A stretch of 64,000 nucleotides of DNA from an uncultured Fibrobacterota bacterium (GTDB lineage: Bacteria; Fibrobacterota; Chitinivibrionia; Chitinivibrionales; FEN-1185). A program made the translations under genes and the position numbers. Shown in pieces: positions 50,857-63,128 of this stretch (the first letter of the stretch is position 1; the number at the start of each line of letters is the position of its first letter). The stretch is taken from the NCBI GenBank assembly GCA_963729895.1, contig CAVSQB010000005.1, forward strand, positions 352,001 through 416,000. Reading direction: 5' to 3'. The notes beneath the pieces were generated by a model that saw only the letters and a list, made by a program, of their open reading frames with translations, did no database searches and was not told where the DNA came from.

Positions 50857-51192
50857 CTAGGCGGCTGGAGGGGAAGAAGATCCTTGTGCCGGGTTTTTCG
50901 CCCAGAAGCTGTCGTTTACTCGTTTCCTGAGTTCCTTTGAGGCTTCGAATACGGGCTTGAAGCCTGCAAGAACTTGGATGTGTTCGTTGGTCCTGGGATT
51001 GCGGGCCGTTCTGGCTCTTCTCTCCTTGATCTTGAACCTGCCGAACCCGCGAATCTCGATATTCTTTCCCTGCTGAAGCGCCTTTGAAACTGCTTCCAGA
51101 AGGCTTTCAACGACAATCTTCGTATCAACCTGGGTCAGGCCGGTTCTGTCCGATATCTTTTCGACAAGATCTTTTTTTGTCACGTTTCCCAT
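50857..51192 (-). CDS. HU/IHF family DNA-binding protein
   Basis: VTKKDLVEKI, IEIRGFGRF, ARNPRT, PVF. Confidence 0.93.
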   Translation of the reverse strand: MGNVTKKDLVEKISDRTGLTQVDTKIVVESLLEAVSKALQQGKNIEIRGFGRFKIKERRARTARNPRTNEHIQVLAGFKPVFEASKELRKRVNDSFWAKNPAQGSSSPPAA

Positions 51193-51460
51193 GAAATGCT
51201 CTTTCGATGGTAGGTTGATCTTCTTCTTTTTACCTTCGATAACGGTTCAACGTAAAAAACAGGATCATATCAGCCGGTTTATGTCTTTATCAACAAATAG
51301 AATATATTTGGTTATGGAATAAAATCAAGTTTTTTTTTGTCGCGTGTGCGCAGCACGACTGTGAAAATAATTCGGTCATGTGAAATACACAATATGTTGT
51401 GTCCCATACAGTTATCGGCTACTAGACACTTATGGAATTCATTGCCTGCACAAAGGATGA

Positions 51461-51633
51461 GCGGAACCCCCCGGTATTTTCGGATATAGACTGCGGTATG
51501 GTGATCCGGGTTCGATTGATTAAAGGGAATGCCTTCCGTGCAGGGTGAAACTCCAGAGGAAGCCGCCGTTCACGATGTCCATGAGGACCGCTGCCTCGCA
51601 CCGCGCGCTCCCGATTCGGGGCGGGCTCCACGC
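51461..51633. ncRNA. Candidate structured RNA (long imperfect rod, possibly 6S-like)
   Basis: Nested complementary segments GGAACCC/GGGCTCC, GCGGT/ACCGC, ATGG/CCAT, CTTCC/GGAAG with an apical GGTGAAACTCC loop; family and strand not established. Confidence 0.3.
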
Positions 51634-51858
51634 AATGTCTCGTGTTGCCTCATAATAAAAGGTAACCGAAGGGTCAGATTCGATGCCTCACAAATGAGGT
51701 AACCGTAACAAGGTTGAAAATGGTTTTGAGTTTTCTTTCGATAGTCTTTTTTAATTGGAATGGATTGAGAGCTGAGATGGTCCGGGATTTTTGAACAGGA
51801 AATAATGGTTTCTTAGTTGGATTCCGAGGGTATTTTTTCATTATCAAAGGAGTCCAAC

Positions 51859-52221
51859 ATGAACCGGAAGCAGCAAGCGAAGGCCGCCGCGATGTCCCCG
51901 AACAGCGATGGCAACCCCGCCAAGCGGACCCGCCGCAAGATCGACGACGCTCTGAAGACGAAGGTGGTTCTGGAAGCCTTGAAGGAGGCCGAACCGCTGT
52001 CCGTTTTGGCAAGTCGGTACGAAGTCCATCCCAACCAGATAGCTCAGTGGCGCAGGCAGTTTCTTGGCAACGCGCAGATGGCTTTTTCGGGAGACAAGAA
52101 CGCCGAGCAAGAGCTTGAGCGCGTTCGCGGTGATCGCGATGAGTATGCACGCAAGGTCGGGGAGCTGACCATGGATGTCGAGTTCCTAAAAAAAAACTTG
52201 CGGAAGCTGGGCATGCTATGA
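51859..52221 (+). CDS. IS3 OrfA (HTH)
   Basis: KTKVVLEAL...LASRYEVHPNQIAQW; A9 slippery run at 52188-52196. Confidence 0.88.
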   Translation: MNRKQQAKAAAMSPNSDGNPAKRTRRKIDDALKTKVVLEALKEAEPLSVLASRYEVHPNQIAQWRRQFLGNAQMAFSGDKNAEQELERVRGDRDEYARKVGELTMDVEFLKKNLRKLGML

Positions 52222-53060
52222 GAGCAAAGATGGCCGATTCTACAAGCGAGGACTTGACTTTGAAGAGGCAGTGTTCGCTGCTTTCCATTTGTCGGACCTC
52301 GATTTACTATACGCCGCAGACTAGTCCGATGAACAAGTTGCTCATGGATCGTATCGATGAGCTATTCACCGATGACCCCACGCGGGGCACCAGAAGGCTC
52401 CGGGCGGCCATGAGGCGTCAGTTTGGGCTGGAGGTTGGGCGCAGCAAGATTCGCAGGCTGATGGCCCGTATGGGCCTCCACGCGATCTACCGGGCCCTGA
52501 ACACCTCGAAGCCCAATAAGGCACACAAGAAGTACCCGTATCTGCTTCGTGGCGTAGTGGTCAACCACCCCAACCAGGTGTGGAGCACCGATATCACCTA
52601 CATCCGCCTCAACGGCGGCTTCGCTTACCTCTGCGCCGTTATCGACTGGTACAGTCGGTGCGTCCTTGCATGGCGTCTGTCGACCTCGCTGGACAGCGGC
52701 TTCTGCATCGAAGTTCTCAAGGAGGCACTGGCGAAGTACGGAGAACCGGAAATCTTCAACTCGGATCAGGGATGTCAGTTCACCAGCGAGGAGTTCACCT
52801 CGGTGCTCCTTGAACGCGGTATCCGGATCAGCATGGACGGACGAGGGCGGGCGCTGGATAACGTGTTTGTCGAGAGGCTGTGGCGAACGGTCAAGTACGA
52901 CGACATCTACATACGGGGGTACAGCTCCGTTGCCGAGTGCCGCACCGGCCTTGCGGAGTTCTTTGAACGGTACAACAACCGGAGGGAGCACTCGTCCCTC
53001 CTTTACAACTATCCAATGGAAGTGTATATTGGTGAGGTAGTGCTATCAAAGGCAGCTTGA
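52218..53060 (+). CDS. IS3 OrfB DDE domain (OrfAB fusion by -1 frameshift likely)
   Basis: WSTDITY, VIDWYSR, NSDQGCQFTS, DNVFVERLWRTVK. Confidence 0.92.
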   Translation: MRAKMADSTSEDLTLKRQCSLLSICRTSIYYTPQTSPMNKLLMDRIDELFTDDPTRGTRRLRAAMRRQFGLEVGRSKIRRLMARMGLHAIYRALNTSKPNKAHKKYPYLLRGVVVNHPNQVWSTDITYIRLNGGFAYLCAVIDWYSRCVLAWRLSTSLDSGFCIEVLKEALAKYGEPEIFNSDQGCQFTSEEFTSVLLERGIRISMDGRGRALDNVFVERLWRTVKYDDIYIRGYSSVAECRTGLAEFFERYNNRREHSSLLYNYPMEVYIGEVVLSKAA

Positions 53061-54310
53061 CGAGCAAGACAGGCAAGGCCAACTAAGCAATCAGAAATTC
53101 CTGTCAAGAAAAGTCGACCATCTCAAGCACGGTGGGTCAGTTCAAGGCTTTGCTTGACTTCTGAAGCTATGTAAGGTGATTCAACGATTCTTTGATAGGG
53201 AGTTTTCGGTTCTTCATAGGTCTTGCGGTATCGAGATCCTATCCGGATTTTAGATTTGAGTTTCAGCGATGGACAGAAGTGGTTTTGATAGAGAGACCAC
53301 TCGTTGGCATAGAGGTCGTTAATGAGGGGAAGCGTGTCGGGGTTTTCGATCCGATCATAACCAAGCATGTGCCTGGCCTGCGCCCAGTTTTTCTGTTCGA
53401 CATGGGCGTTGTCGTTTTTCTTGTAGGGACGTGACCGGGTGAACTTTACAGGGTCTTGTCGCACGGCGAAGTAGCGTTCGAGATGATAGTTGAGGAACTC
53501 GGACCCGTTATCACAGTCAAAGCCACGCAGGGCAAAAGGTATTCGTCGTTCGATGTCTTTAACCTGCTCAATGACACCCTGGGAGCCCTTATTCCACACA
53601 GCACGGCCTTCGGTCCAAGCAGTATGGATGTCAGTCATGATAAGGCTCCACACAAATTCTCCGGCAAGGCTGGTGCCGCAATGGGCAACCGTATCCGCCT
53701 CCATGAATCCAGGCTGGGTAATATCCCAGTTGTCGGTACGGATGGGGATTTGATTGCGCAGCATGGAGCCGGGCTTGGTGCCGCACAATCCCTTGCCCAT
53801 ACGCGTACGTAAAGGGCATAGGACGCGGTCAAGCGTGGAGCGGCTGACAGAGAGGAGCCGCGCACGGACTTCCTCGGAAAGCAGTTCAAAGGATTGTTCG
53901 TAGAATGGCAGCCATACTGGAATGACAACCTTAAGGCGGCGAGAGCACATGAAATCAGAGGCTTTCCAGATGTACTGTAACGCCTTAATAAAAAGCGGTT
54001 CAGCATATAAGGGTCTTCTTCCACGCTTGGCTTTTTGTTTCTGTTTGCGTTTTCCAAGTAGCCGGATAGCGTACTTGCGATTGTATCGGCAAATCGCACA
54101 AAACTCATCGAGAATCTGCTTTTTGCCGGCTCTGTTGGAATGGGCATATCGTTGTCGTATCGCTTCCCGATATGCTTCTTTTTCTTTGTGCCCCATAGTG
54201 GTAACCCCCTTAATTATGAGGCAACGAATCAATTGGTGCGTGTTTCGATTAAGCCTTCGGTTACATTTAATTTGAGGCAATGCGTGTCTTTTGCTTGCTT
54301 TTGAAAGTCC

Positions 54311-54339
54311 TTGACACAAAGGCCCATTTGTGGTATATT
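54311..54339 (+). promoter_or_regulatory. Sigma70-type promoter of groESL
   Basis: TTGACA (54311) - 17 nt - TATATT (54334) with extended TG. Confidence 0.8.
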
Positions 54340-54341
54340 TG

Positions 54342-54368
54342 TTAGCACTCAATCCTAGTGAGTGCTAA
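54342..54368. promoter_or_regulatory. CIRCE operator (HrcA binding site)
   Basis: Exact TTAGCACTC-N9-GAGTGCTAA. Confidence 0.97.
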
Positions 54369-54417
54369 TAATCGTATTCTTTATTAAACCAAACCACCTT
54401 TTTAAGGAGGAGCAGTT

Positions 54418-54702
54418 ATGAACGTAAAGCCATTAGCCGACCGGATTCTTGTGAAGCCCTTGGAAGCGGAAGAAAAAACAAAGGGCGGGATCATTATCCC
54501 GGACAATGCAAAAGAGAAGCCCCAGAAGGGTGAAGTGATGGCCGTTGGCCCGGGCAAGATCGCGGACAACGGTCAAAAGATCGCCATGGAACTCAAGAAA
54601 GGCGACAAGGTTCTCTACGGCAAGTATTCCGGAACGGAAGTGACTGTTGACGGGCAGGAATATCTCATCGTGAAGGAAAGCGACGTTCTGGCCGTTATCT
54701 GA
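54418..54702 (+). CDS. groES: Co-chaperonin GroES
   Basis: [31 protein letters not shown]. Confidence 0.98.
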   Translation: MNVKPLADRILVKPLEAEEKTKGGIIIPDNAKEKPQKGEVMAVGPGKIADNGQKIAMELKKGDKVLYGKYSGTEVTVDGQEYLIVKESDVLAVI

Positions 54703-54776
54703 CGGTTTTACGCGCACCGGGAAGACGAACAATAGTACCATCTATTTACCATTAAATAAAACAGGAGACGTTCATT

Positions 54777-56435
54777 ATGTCAGCAAAGCAATTAGCATTT
54801 GATGTCGTAGCCAGGGAAAAACTGCTCAGGGGAATCGATATTCTCGCCAATGCGGTGAAAGTGACGCTGGGCCCCCGCGGCCGCAACGTTGTTCTTGACA
54901 AGAGCTTTGGCTCGCCGATCATCACAAAAGACGGTGTGACCGTTGCAAAAGAAATCGAGCTGGAAGACAAATTCGAGAATATGGGCGCACAACTGGTGAA
55001 GGAAGTCGCGTCCAAGACATCGGATATCGCCGGTGACGGGACGACAACGGCGACCGTGCTTGCACAGGCGCTTGCGCGCCAGGGAATCAAGACCGTAACT
55101 GCCGGCGCAAACGCAATGGCGGTCAAGCGCGGCATCGACAAGGCCGTCAAGACAATTATCGAGGACCTCAAGAAACAGTCCAAACCCATTGCCGGCAAGA
55201 AGGAAATTTCGCAGGTTGCCGCAATATCGGCGAACAACGACCAGACCATCGGCGAGCTCATTGCCGATGCAATGGAAAAAGTGGGCAAAGACGGCGTCAT
55301 TACGGTCGAAGAGGCAAAGAGCATCGACACGACCCTCGAGGTTGTTGAGGGAATGCAGTTCGACCGGGGATATGTTTCTCCGTATTTTGTCACCAATTCC
55401 GACACCATGGAATGCCTTCTCGAAGAGCCCCTCATTCTTATCCACGACAAGAAGATCAGCGCCATGAAAGACTTGCTTCCCCTGCTTGAAAAAACGGCGC
55501 AGATGGGAAAGAGCCTGCTTCTGATCGCCGAGGAAGTTGAAGGCGAAGCGCTGGCGACCCTGGTGGTCAACAAGCTGCGCGGTACGCTTAAAGTCGCGGC
55601 TGTAAAGGCCCCGGGTTTCGGCGACCGCAGAAAGGCGATGCTCGAGGACATTGCCGTTCTCACGGGCGGGATCGTGATTTCCGAAGAGGCCGGCTTCAAA
55701 CTGGAGAACACGACGGTGGATTCGCTCGGCAAGGCCAAGCGGATAACGATTGACAAAGAGAATACCACGATCATCGAGGGCGCGGGCAAGAAGGAAGACA
55801 TCAAAGGCCGCGTGAACCAGATCCGCAAGCAGATAGACGAGACCACGTCGGACTACGACAAAGAAAAGCTCCAGGAACGGCTTGCCAAACTGGCGGGCGG
55901 AGTGGCAGTCGTCAATATCGGCGCGGCCACCGAAACGGAAATGAAGGAAAAGAAGGCGCGCGTTGAAGACGCACTGCACGCGACCCGTGCCGCGGTCGAG
56001 GAAGGCATTGTGGCGGGTGGCGGCGTTGCGCTTATCCGTGCAGCCGCTTCGCTCGATGCTCTTAAGGTTGAAGGGGACGAGAAGATCGGCGTCGACATCA
56101 TCCGCAGGGCAGCCGAGGAACCTCTCCGCTGGATCGTGCAGAACGCGGGCATGGAACCCTCGGTTGTGGCCAACGAAGTCAAGAACCATAAGGGCGGATA
56201 CGGTTTCAACGCCTACACGTGCAAGTACGAAGACCTGCTTGCCGCCGGCGTCATCGACCCGACCAAGGTCGTTCGCTCAGCGCTTGAAAACGCATCGTCC
56301 ATCGCAGGCCTGATTTTGACCACCGAATGCATCGTCACCGAAAAGCCCAAAGAAGAAAAAGAGCCTGCTGCTGGTATGGGCGGCGGCGGCATGGGCGGAA
56401 TGGGTGGCATGGGCGGAATGGGAGATATGTACTAA
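54777..56435 (+). CDS. groEL: Chaperonin GroEL
   Basis: [29 protein letters not shown] tail. Confidence 0.99.
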   Translation: MSAKQLAFDVVAREKLLRGIDILANAVKVTLGPRGRNVVLDKSFGSPIITKDGVTVAKEIELEDKFENMGAQLVKEVASKTSDIAGDGTTTATVLAQALARQGIKTVTAGANAMAVKRGIDKAVKTIIEDLKKQSKPIAGKKEISQVAAISANNDQTIGELIADAMEKVGKDGVITVEEAKSIDTTLEVVEGMQFDRGYVSPYFVTNSDTMECLLEEPLILIHDKKISAMKDLLPLLEKTAQMGKSLLLIAEEVEGEALATLVVNKLRGTLKVAAVKAPGFGDRRKAMLEDIAVLTGGIVISEEAGFKLENTTVDSLGKAKRITIDKENTTIIEGAGKKEDIKGRVNQIRKQIDETTSDYDKEKLQERLAKLAGGVAVVNIGAATETEMKEKKARVEDALHATRAAVEEGIVAGGGVALIRAAASLDALKVEGDEKIGVDIIRRAAEEPLRWIVQNAGMEPSVVANEVKNHKGGYGFNAYTCKYEDLLAAGVIDPTKVVRSALENASSIAGLILTTECIVTEKPKEEKEPAAGMGGGGMGGMGGMGGMGDMY

Positions 56436-56583
56436 GGGGTGGTGGAACCTGAAATTCTTGCCTTGTCTTCTCGTTGGAACTTTTGCCGTGAGTGTGAGAG
56501 GACGCCCCGTTATGGGGCAAGAGTGGAAGGGAAAGCCGCTGGTCGGCGCCGGGCAATTCCGGTGCGGAATTCTTTTGACAAGA

Positions 56584-56612
56584 GCCATGGGGAGGAACGC
56601 CTCCCCATGGCC
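56584..56612 (+). other. Strong hairpin just upstream of hrcA
   Basis: GCCATGGGGAGG-AACG-CCTCCCCATGGC. Confidence 0.6.
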
Positions 56613-56626
56613 ATCGTACTTTTGCT

Positions 56627-57664
56627 ATGAATGAAGAACTTCTATCGGATCGCGAACACCACGTGCTTGAGGCGGTCGTCCGGAATTACATACTGAGCGC
56701 CTCCCCCACTGGCTCGCGTTTTTTGTCCAAACAGCCCGACTTCGATTTTTCACCGGCGACGATCCGCAATATCATGGGAGATCTCGAAGAACGCGGCTTC
56801 ATTTCGCAGCCTCATACATCCGCCGGACGCATTCCCACCGACAAAGGATACCGGTACTACGTAGACCGGATGATGAAATCGATGGAACTTCCAAGGGAAG
56901 TGAAAGACCAGATCAAGAGTTACCTGTCGCGCGTGGAGCCCTCGGACCTTCATCTGCTTATGGAAGCCACATCAAAGGCGTTGTCCCGGGCTTCGCATCT
57001 GTTTGGCATCATACTTGCGCCCAAGCTTTCCAGCGGCGTGTTCCGCCACGTGCATATTTATTCCATAGAATCGCAGCGCGTTTTGCTGCATCTCACCATC
57101 GACTCCGGGTTCGTGAAGACCATGGTGCTCGAACTGAAGACCGAGGTGGACGCGTCCCGGCTCGAACGCGCGTGCCAGGTGATCAACGAACGGTTTTTTG
57201 GGCTCACGCTTGAAGACATGCTTGCACACGACGAAACTATTTTCACCAACATGGAAACGTGCGAGCTGGGGCTCATACGGCTCTTTGTCCCATCCATCAA
57301 GAAGCTTATAGAATCAGGGCTCGACGAGGCGGTGTTTACAGAAGGTGAAACGAACATCGTCGTGCAGCCGGAGTTTTCTTCCAAAGACCAGGTAAGCGGG
57401 ATAATCGAGATTCTTGAAGAGAAAAGGCTGCTGCTGCACCTTTTTGAGAAGGAACAGGCACATAAGTCGGGCGTTATCATTTCCATCGGGAGGGAAAATT
57501 CAGAAGGCCAGCTCCAGTCGTTTTCGGTTATCAAGACCCACTACCGCGTGGGGCACCTGGAAGGTAGCCTGGGCGTCATAGGTCCCAAGCGCATGCCGTA
57601 CCCGTTTCTCGTGTCGGCGGTCGACTATACGGCAAAGCTGCTCGGGCAGATGTATTCGGATTGA
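56627..57664 (+). CDS. hrcA: Heat-inducible transcription repressor HrcA
   Basis: SPATIRN, QPHTSAGRIPTDKGYRYYVD, GVIGPKRMPY. Confidence 0.96.
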   Translation: MNEELLSDREHHVLEAVVRNYILSASPTGSRFLSKQPDFDFSPATIRNIMGDLEERGFISQPHTSAGRIPTDKGYRYYVDRMMKSMELPREVKDQIKSYLSRVEPSDLHLLMEATSKALSRASHLFGIILAPKLSSGVFRHVHIYSIESQRVLLHLTIDSGFVKTMVLELKTEVDASRLERACQVINERFFGLTLEDMLAHDETIFTNMETCELGLIRLFVPSIKKLIESGLDEAVFTEGETNIVVQPEFSSKDQVSGIIEILEEKRLLLHLFEKEQAHKSGVIISIGRENSEGQLQSFSVIKTHYRVGHLEGSLGVIGPKRMPYPFLVSAVDYTAKLLGQMYSD

Positions 57665-57692
57665 GGAGAAATCAGCAGCAAGGAAAGATTTC

Positions 57693-58454
57693 ATGGAACA
57701 GCAGAATAACAATTTGAAACAGGACAAACCGGAACACGGAAATAATCATTCACACAATCATTCAGCGCGCCCGCATCTACCGGACGGCGACGGCAAGCCC
57801 GGAGGCAAGGGACCCGGTCCGGCTTCCGATGGCCCGGGCGGCCAGAACGTGGCCGGCCAGCAGCCGGTCTCGCACAAGGAAAACGACCGGCAGAACAATG
57901 ACAAGGCGACCATCGACGACCTTTCATCGCGGCTCGATGCCGCCAACGACAAATACCTCCGGCTCATGGCGGAATTCGACAATTTCAAGCGTAGAACGGC
58001 AAAGGAATATCAGCAGCTCATCGAACAGGCAAACGAAAAGCTGATGAAGGATATTCTTGACGTTCGAGAAGGTTTCGAGCGGGCGTTCAAGTCGCACCAG
58101 GAAGGCTCTGACCTGCGGCCTTTTATGGACGGTATGAAGATGATTTTCACGAAACTCGACAATGTGCTGCACAAGCACGGGCTCGAAATATACAGCGAAA
58201 CAGGGCAGGAGTTCGACCCGCAGTTGCACGATGCCATGATGAAATCGGCGCACCACGAGATTCCCGAGCACCACATTGCCGAGGTGCTCGAAAAGGGCTA
58301 CAAGCTCAGAGGGAAGGTGATTAAGCACTCGCGCGTGATCGTGTCGAGCGGCAAGCCCGAGGCCGGCCTGCCGGCGCAAACTGAAGATAACGAGGCCAAA
58401 GCGGCGTTCGAGAGCGAAGCACAGGAGCAGGATCCCGAACAAGCCTGCCCTTGA
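57693..58454 (+). CDS. grpE: Nucleotide exchange factor GrpE with low-complexity termini
   Basis: YLRLMAEFDNFKRR, FDPQLHDA, KGYKL. Confidence 0.95.
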   Translation: MEQQNNNLKQDKPEHGNNHSHNHSARPHLPDGDGKPGGKGPGPASDGPGGQNVAGQQPVSHKENDRQNNDKATIDDLSSRLDAANDKYLRLMAEFDNFKRRTAKEYQQLIEQANEKLMKDILDVREGFERAFKSHQEGSDLRPFMDGMKMIFTKLDNVLHKHGLEIYSETGQEFDPQLHDAMMKSAHHEIPEHHIAEVLEKGYKLRGKVIKHSRVIVSSGKPEAGLPAQTEDNEAKAAFESEAQEQDPEQACP

Positions 58455-58457
58455 TGA

Positions 58458-60458
<2,001 letters not shown>

Positions 60459-60558
60459 AAGGAATTATTAACGCACGGGGTATTTTAGAAAATAACGTTC
60501 AAGAGGTGGAAGGGCCTCGCCGGCCCTTAGACCCGGCAAGGAAAATGCTTATTATGAC

Positions 60559-60600
60559 GCCCCACCAACCTCCCCCAAGGGGAGGCTATTTCGGTGGGGC
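60559..60600. repeat. REP-like hairpin
   Basis: GCCCCACC / GGTGGGGC enclosing CCTCCCC/GGGGAGG. Confidence 0.55.
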
Positions 60601-60662
60601 GGTTTACTTGAGAACATTCGGAAGCGATCGTAAATAACTTTGCAAAACAGAGAAACGCACCC

Positions 60663-60755
60663 ATGGCCTTGAAAGACTTCTGCGAAGTTCTCGGCGTCCC
60701 CAAAAACGCCCCTGAATCCGACCTCGCGCGGCCCTCTAGGAAAACTCGGTCATGA
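60663..60755 (+). pseudogene. Decayed copy of the dnaJ 5' end (30-codon ORF)
   Basis: MALKDFCEVLGVPKNAPESDLARPSRKTRS vs Dna[31 protein letters not shown]; its TGA overlaps the fic ATG. Confidence 0.85.
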
Positions 60756-61798
60756 AATCCTTCGAACACGACTACCTGCTGGATACTCCTATCTCGCATC
60801 AGCTTCTTTCGAGCGTAAGAATGCTCGGAGAATATCGCGGCCGGCAGACGCTTTATGGTGAACAGTCGCCGGAAGTACTTGAGACGCTCACGCGTGCGGC
60901 AATCATACAGAGCGCCGAATCTTCAAACCGTATTGAAGGAATAACAGCCGGGCATGGCCGGATAGAAAAGCTTGTCCTTGAGAAAGCCAAGCCGCAGGAC
61001 AGGTCCGAACAGGAGATCACCGGTTATAGAGACGTGCTCAATGCCATACACGTTAACCATTCACGAATGAGCCTTTCTCCCGATCTTCTGCTTGAGTGGC
61101 ACGCGATGCTCGGCAAATACACCAAAGAGAAAGGCGGGGTGTGGAAGCCGAAGGACAATGCGGTTCTTGAAGTGCGGCCCGATGGACGGGCGGTTGTCCG
61201 GTTCAAAACGGTTTCCGCCCTCGCCACGCCGGAATATATAAAGAAGCTCATAGATTATTATTCGCGCTTCACCGACAATAACAAATCAGACCAGTTGCTG
61301 CTTTTGGCCTCATTCATACTTGATTTCGAATGCATTCACCCGTTTATGGACGGCAACGGAAGGATCGGCCGCCTTCTGACGCTGTACCTTCTTTACACGG
61401 CAGGATACGAGGTCGGCAGGTATATCAGCCTTGAAAGAATAGTTGAAGGAAGCAAGAAAAGCTACTATGAAGCGCTCCAGAAGAGTTCCCTCAAATGGCA
61501 CGAGGGCGAACATGATCTCAGACCATGGTGGAACTACTTCATCGGAATGTTGACTGCCGCCTATAAGGAATTTGAGGAACGGGTCGGCGCAATCACCGCC
61601 GCCAGAGGCGCGAAAAGGGAAATGGTCATGAATGCGGTAAAACGGATGACCGGGCGTTTTACCATCGCCGACCTCCGGCGTGCATGCCCTGCGGTGAGTT
61701 ATCCGACGCTCCAGCGCGCGCTTTTTGAATTGCGGAAAAAGAATTTCATCCGGTGCCTCGGACGCGGCCCGGACGCGGAATGGGAAAAAGCAATGTGA
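60752..61798 (+). CDS. Fic-domain protein (class II-type) with C-terminal wHTH
   Basis: HPFMDGNGRIGR catalytic motif; N-terminal SNRIEG fits the (S/T)xxxE(G/N) inhibitory motif; FTIADL...SYPTLQRALFEL. Confidence 0.92.
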   Translation: MKSFEHDYLLDTPISHQLLSSVRMLGEYRGRQTLYGEQSPEVLETLTRAAIIQSAESSNRIEGITAGHGRIEKLVLEKAKPQDRSEQEITGYRDVLNAIHVNHSRMSLSPDLLLEWHAMLGKYTKEKGGVWKPKDNAVLEVRPDGRAVVRFKTVSALATPEYIKKLIDYYSRFTDNNKSDQLLLLASFILDFECIHPFMDGNGRIGRLLTLYLLYTAGYEVGRYISLERIVEGSKKSYYEALQKSSLKWHEGEHDLRPWWNYFIGMLTAAYKEFEERVGAITAARGAKREMVMNAVKRMTGRFTIADLRRACPAVSYPTLQRALFELRKKNFIRCLGRGPDAEWEKAM

Positions 61799-61885
61799 TA
61801 TGATAATCGCATCACGAAATATGTTGGTGATGTGATTATCATATCATTGTAAGATGACATATTTTTCCAAATAAAGAAAGCCCAA

Positions 61886-63058
61886 ATGCCTCTCAAAGAT
61901 TTTTACGAAACGCTCGGCGTTCCCAAGAACGCCTCTGAAGACGATATCAAGCGGGCATACCGCAAGCTCGCCATGAAATATCACCCGGACAAGAACCCGG
62001 GCGACAAGGGCGCCGAGGAGAAGTTCAAGGAAGCGACCCAGGCGTACGAAATCCTCAAGGACCCCAAGAAGCGCTCGCAATTCGACCAGTTCGGCACTGC
62101 CGCGTTCGAAGGGCCCGGCGCCGGCGCGGGCGGCGGATTCGGCGGATATGGCGGCGCGGGTTTTGACATCTCCGACGCGCTGCGCGCGTTCATGAACGAC
62201 TTCGGCGGCGACTCGTTCTTTTCCGATTTGTTCGGCATGGGCGGCGGCGGAGGAGGCAGGCGGCGCGGCGGCAGGCGAGGCGGCGGATCGCGCGGCAACG
62301 ATTTGCAGGTGCATCTCACGCTCAAGCTTTCCGAAATAGCAACAGGTGTCACCAAGACGCTCAAGGTGAAGCGCAAGGACGCCTGCACCGAATGCAAAGG
62401 CACCGGATCGAAGAGCGGAAAGCGCGGGACCTGCCAGCACTGCGGCGGTTCGGGCCGCGTCCAGCACGTATCGAATTCCTTCTTCGGGCAGCTGATCCAG
62501 GAATCCGTCTGTCCCGTGTGCCGCGGCGAGGGCCAGATTGTCGCCGATCCCTGCGCACGGTGTTCCGGCAGCGGCCGCCAGACTGTGGAAACCACGGTTT
62601 CGGTGGATATCCCGCCGGGCGTGGCTGAGGGCAATTATATCACGGTGACCGGCAAGGGCGATTCGGGACAAAGCGGCGGGCCGGCGGGCGACCTTATTGT
62701 GGTGATCCAGGAAGAGCAGGATTCATTCTTCGAGCGTCACGGCATCGATGTGGTATGCTCCATTGACATCACGTTTTCCGAGGCGGCGCTGGGAGCTTCA
62801 AAAACAGTCCCCACACTTGACGGAAAAGTAAGCCTCAAGATCCCGCCGGGTACGCAATCGGAAAAGATATTCCGGCTCCGCGGCAAGGGTTTGCCCGTGC
62901 TGCACAGCTCCCAGCAGGGCGACCAATTGGTGCGGGTGCACGTGCACACGCCGGAGCATCTTTCCAGGGAAGAACGGGAGCTGCTTGAGAAACTTTCGCA
63001 GGTTGAGACAAAAGACAAGGGGAGCTTTGAGAAGTTCAAGGAATTTTTTACGCCATAG
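61886..63058 (+). CDS. dnaJ: Chaperone DnaJ
   Basis: HPD J-domain, G/F region, four CxxCxGxG motifs. Confidence 0.98.
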   Translation: MPLKDFYETLGVPKNASEDDIKRAYRKLAMKYHPDKNPGDKGAEEKFKEATQAYEILKDPKKRSQFDQFGTAAFEGPGAGAGGGFGGYGGAGFDISDALRAFMNDFGGDSFFSDLFGMGGGGGGRRRGGRRGGGSRGNDLQVHLTLKLSEIATGVTKTLKVKRKDACTECKGTGSKSGKRGTCQHCGGSGRVQHVSNSFFGQLIQESVCPVCRGEGQIVADPCARCSGSGRQTVETTVSVDIPPGVAEGNYITVTGKGDSGQSGGPAGDLIVVIQEEQDSFFERHGIDVVCSIDITFSEAALGASKTVPTLDGKVSLKIPPGTQSEKIFRLRGKGLPVLHSSQQGDQLVRVHVHTPEHLSREERELLEKLSQVETKDKGSFEKFKEFFTP

Positions 63059-63128
63059 GGAACAATTGCGCGATGAGAAGGCGTTGGGAAGAGGAAGTGC
63101 GCTTTTGTCTGGAGTGGCTCCTTTCAAC

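Larger units (their letters stand above)
51773..53125 (+). mobile_element. IS3-family insertion sequence
   Basis: TG...CA ends, IRs TGAGATGGTCCGGGATTTTTGAACAGGAA / TGAGATGGTCGACTTTTCTTGACAGGAA; 3-bp TSD AGC at 51770-51772 and 53126-53128. Confidence 0.93.
51674..54196 (-). pseudogene. Integrase-core transposase split by IS3 (54196-53126 plus C-terminal piece 51772-51674)
   Basis: EADTVAHCG, DCDNGSEF, RSRPYKKNDNAHVEQKN; ...LELTHRA continues as LNPFQLKKTIERKLKTIF... across the IS3. Confidence 0.85.
51641..54284 (-). mobile_element. IS with rve/integrase-type DDE transposase (ISNCY-like), interrupted by an IS3
   Basis: IRs CGTGTTGCCTCATAATAAAAGGTAACCGAAGG / CGCATTGCCTCAAATTAAATGTAACCGAAGG; 5-bp TSD TGTCT at 51636-51640 and 54285-54289. 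Confidence 0.85.

Noticed and set aside
51520..51570. Cobalamin riboswitch
   Set aside because: GGGAA-to-GGTG spacing is too long, the CCC/ACTG block and B12 box are missing, and no B12-related gene follows
54197..54352. 52-codon N-terminal extension of the outer transposase in the ORF track
   Set aside because: It runs across the IS end into the groES promoter and CIRCE; the ATG at 54196 inside the element is the likely start
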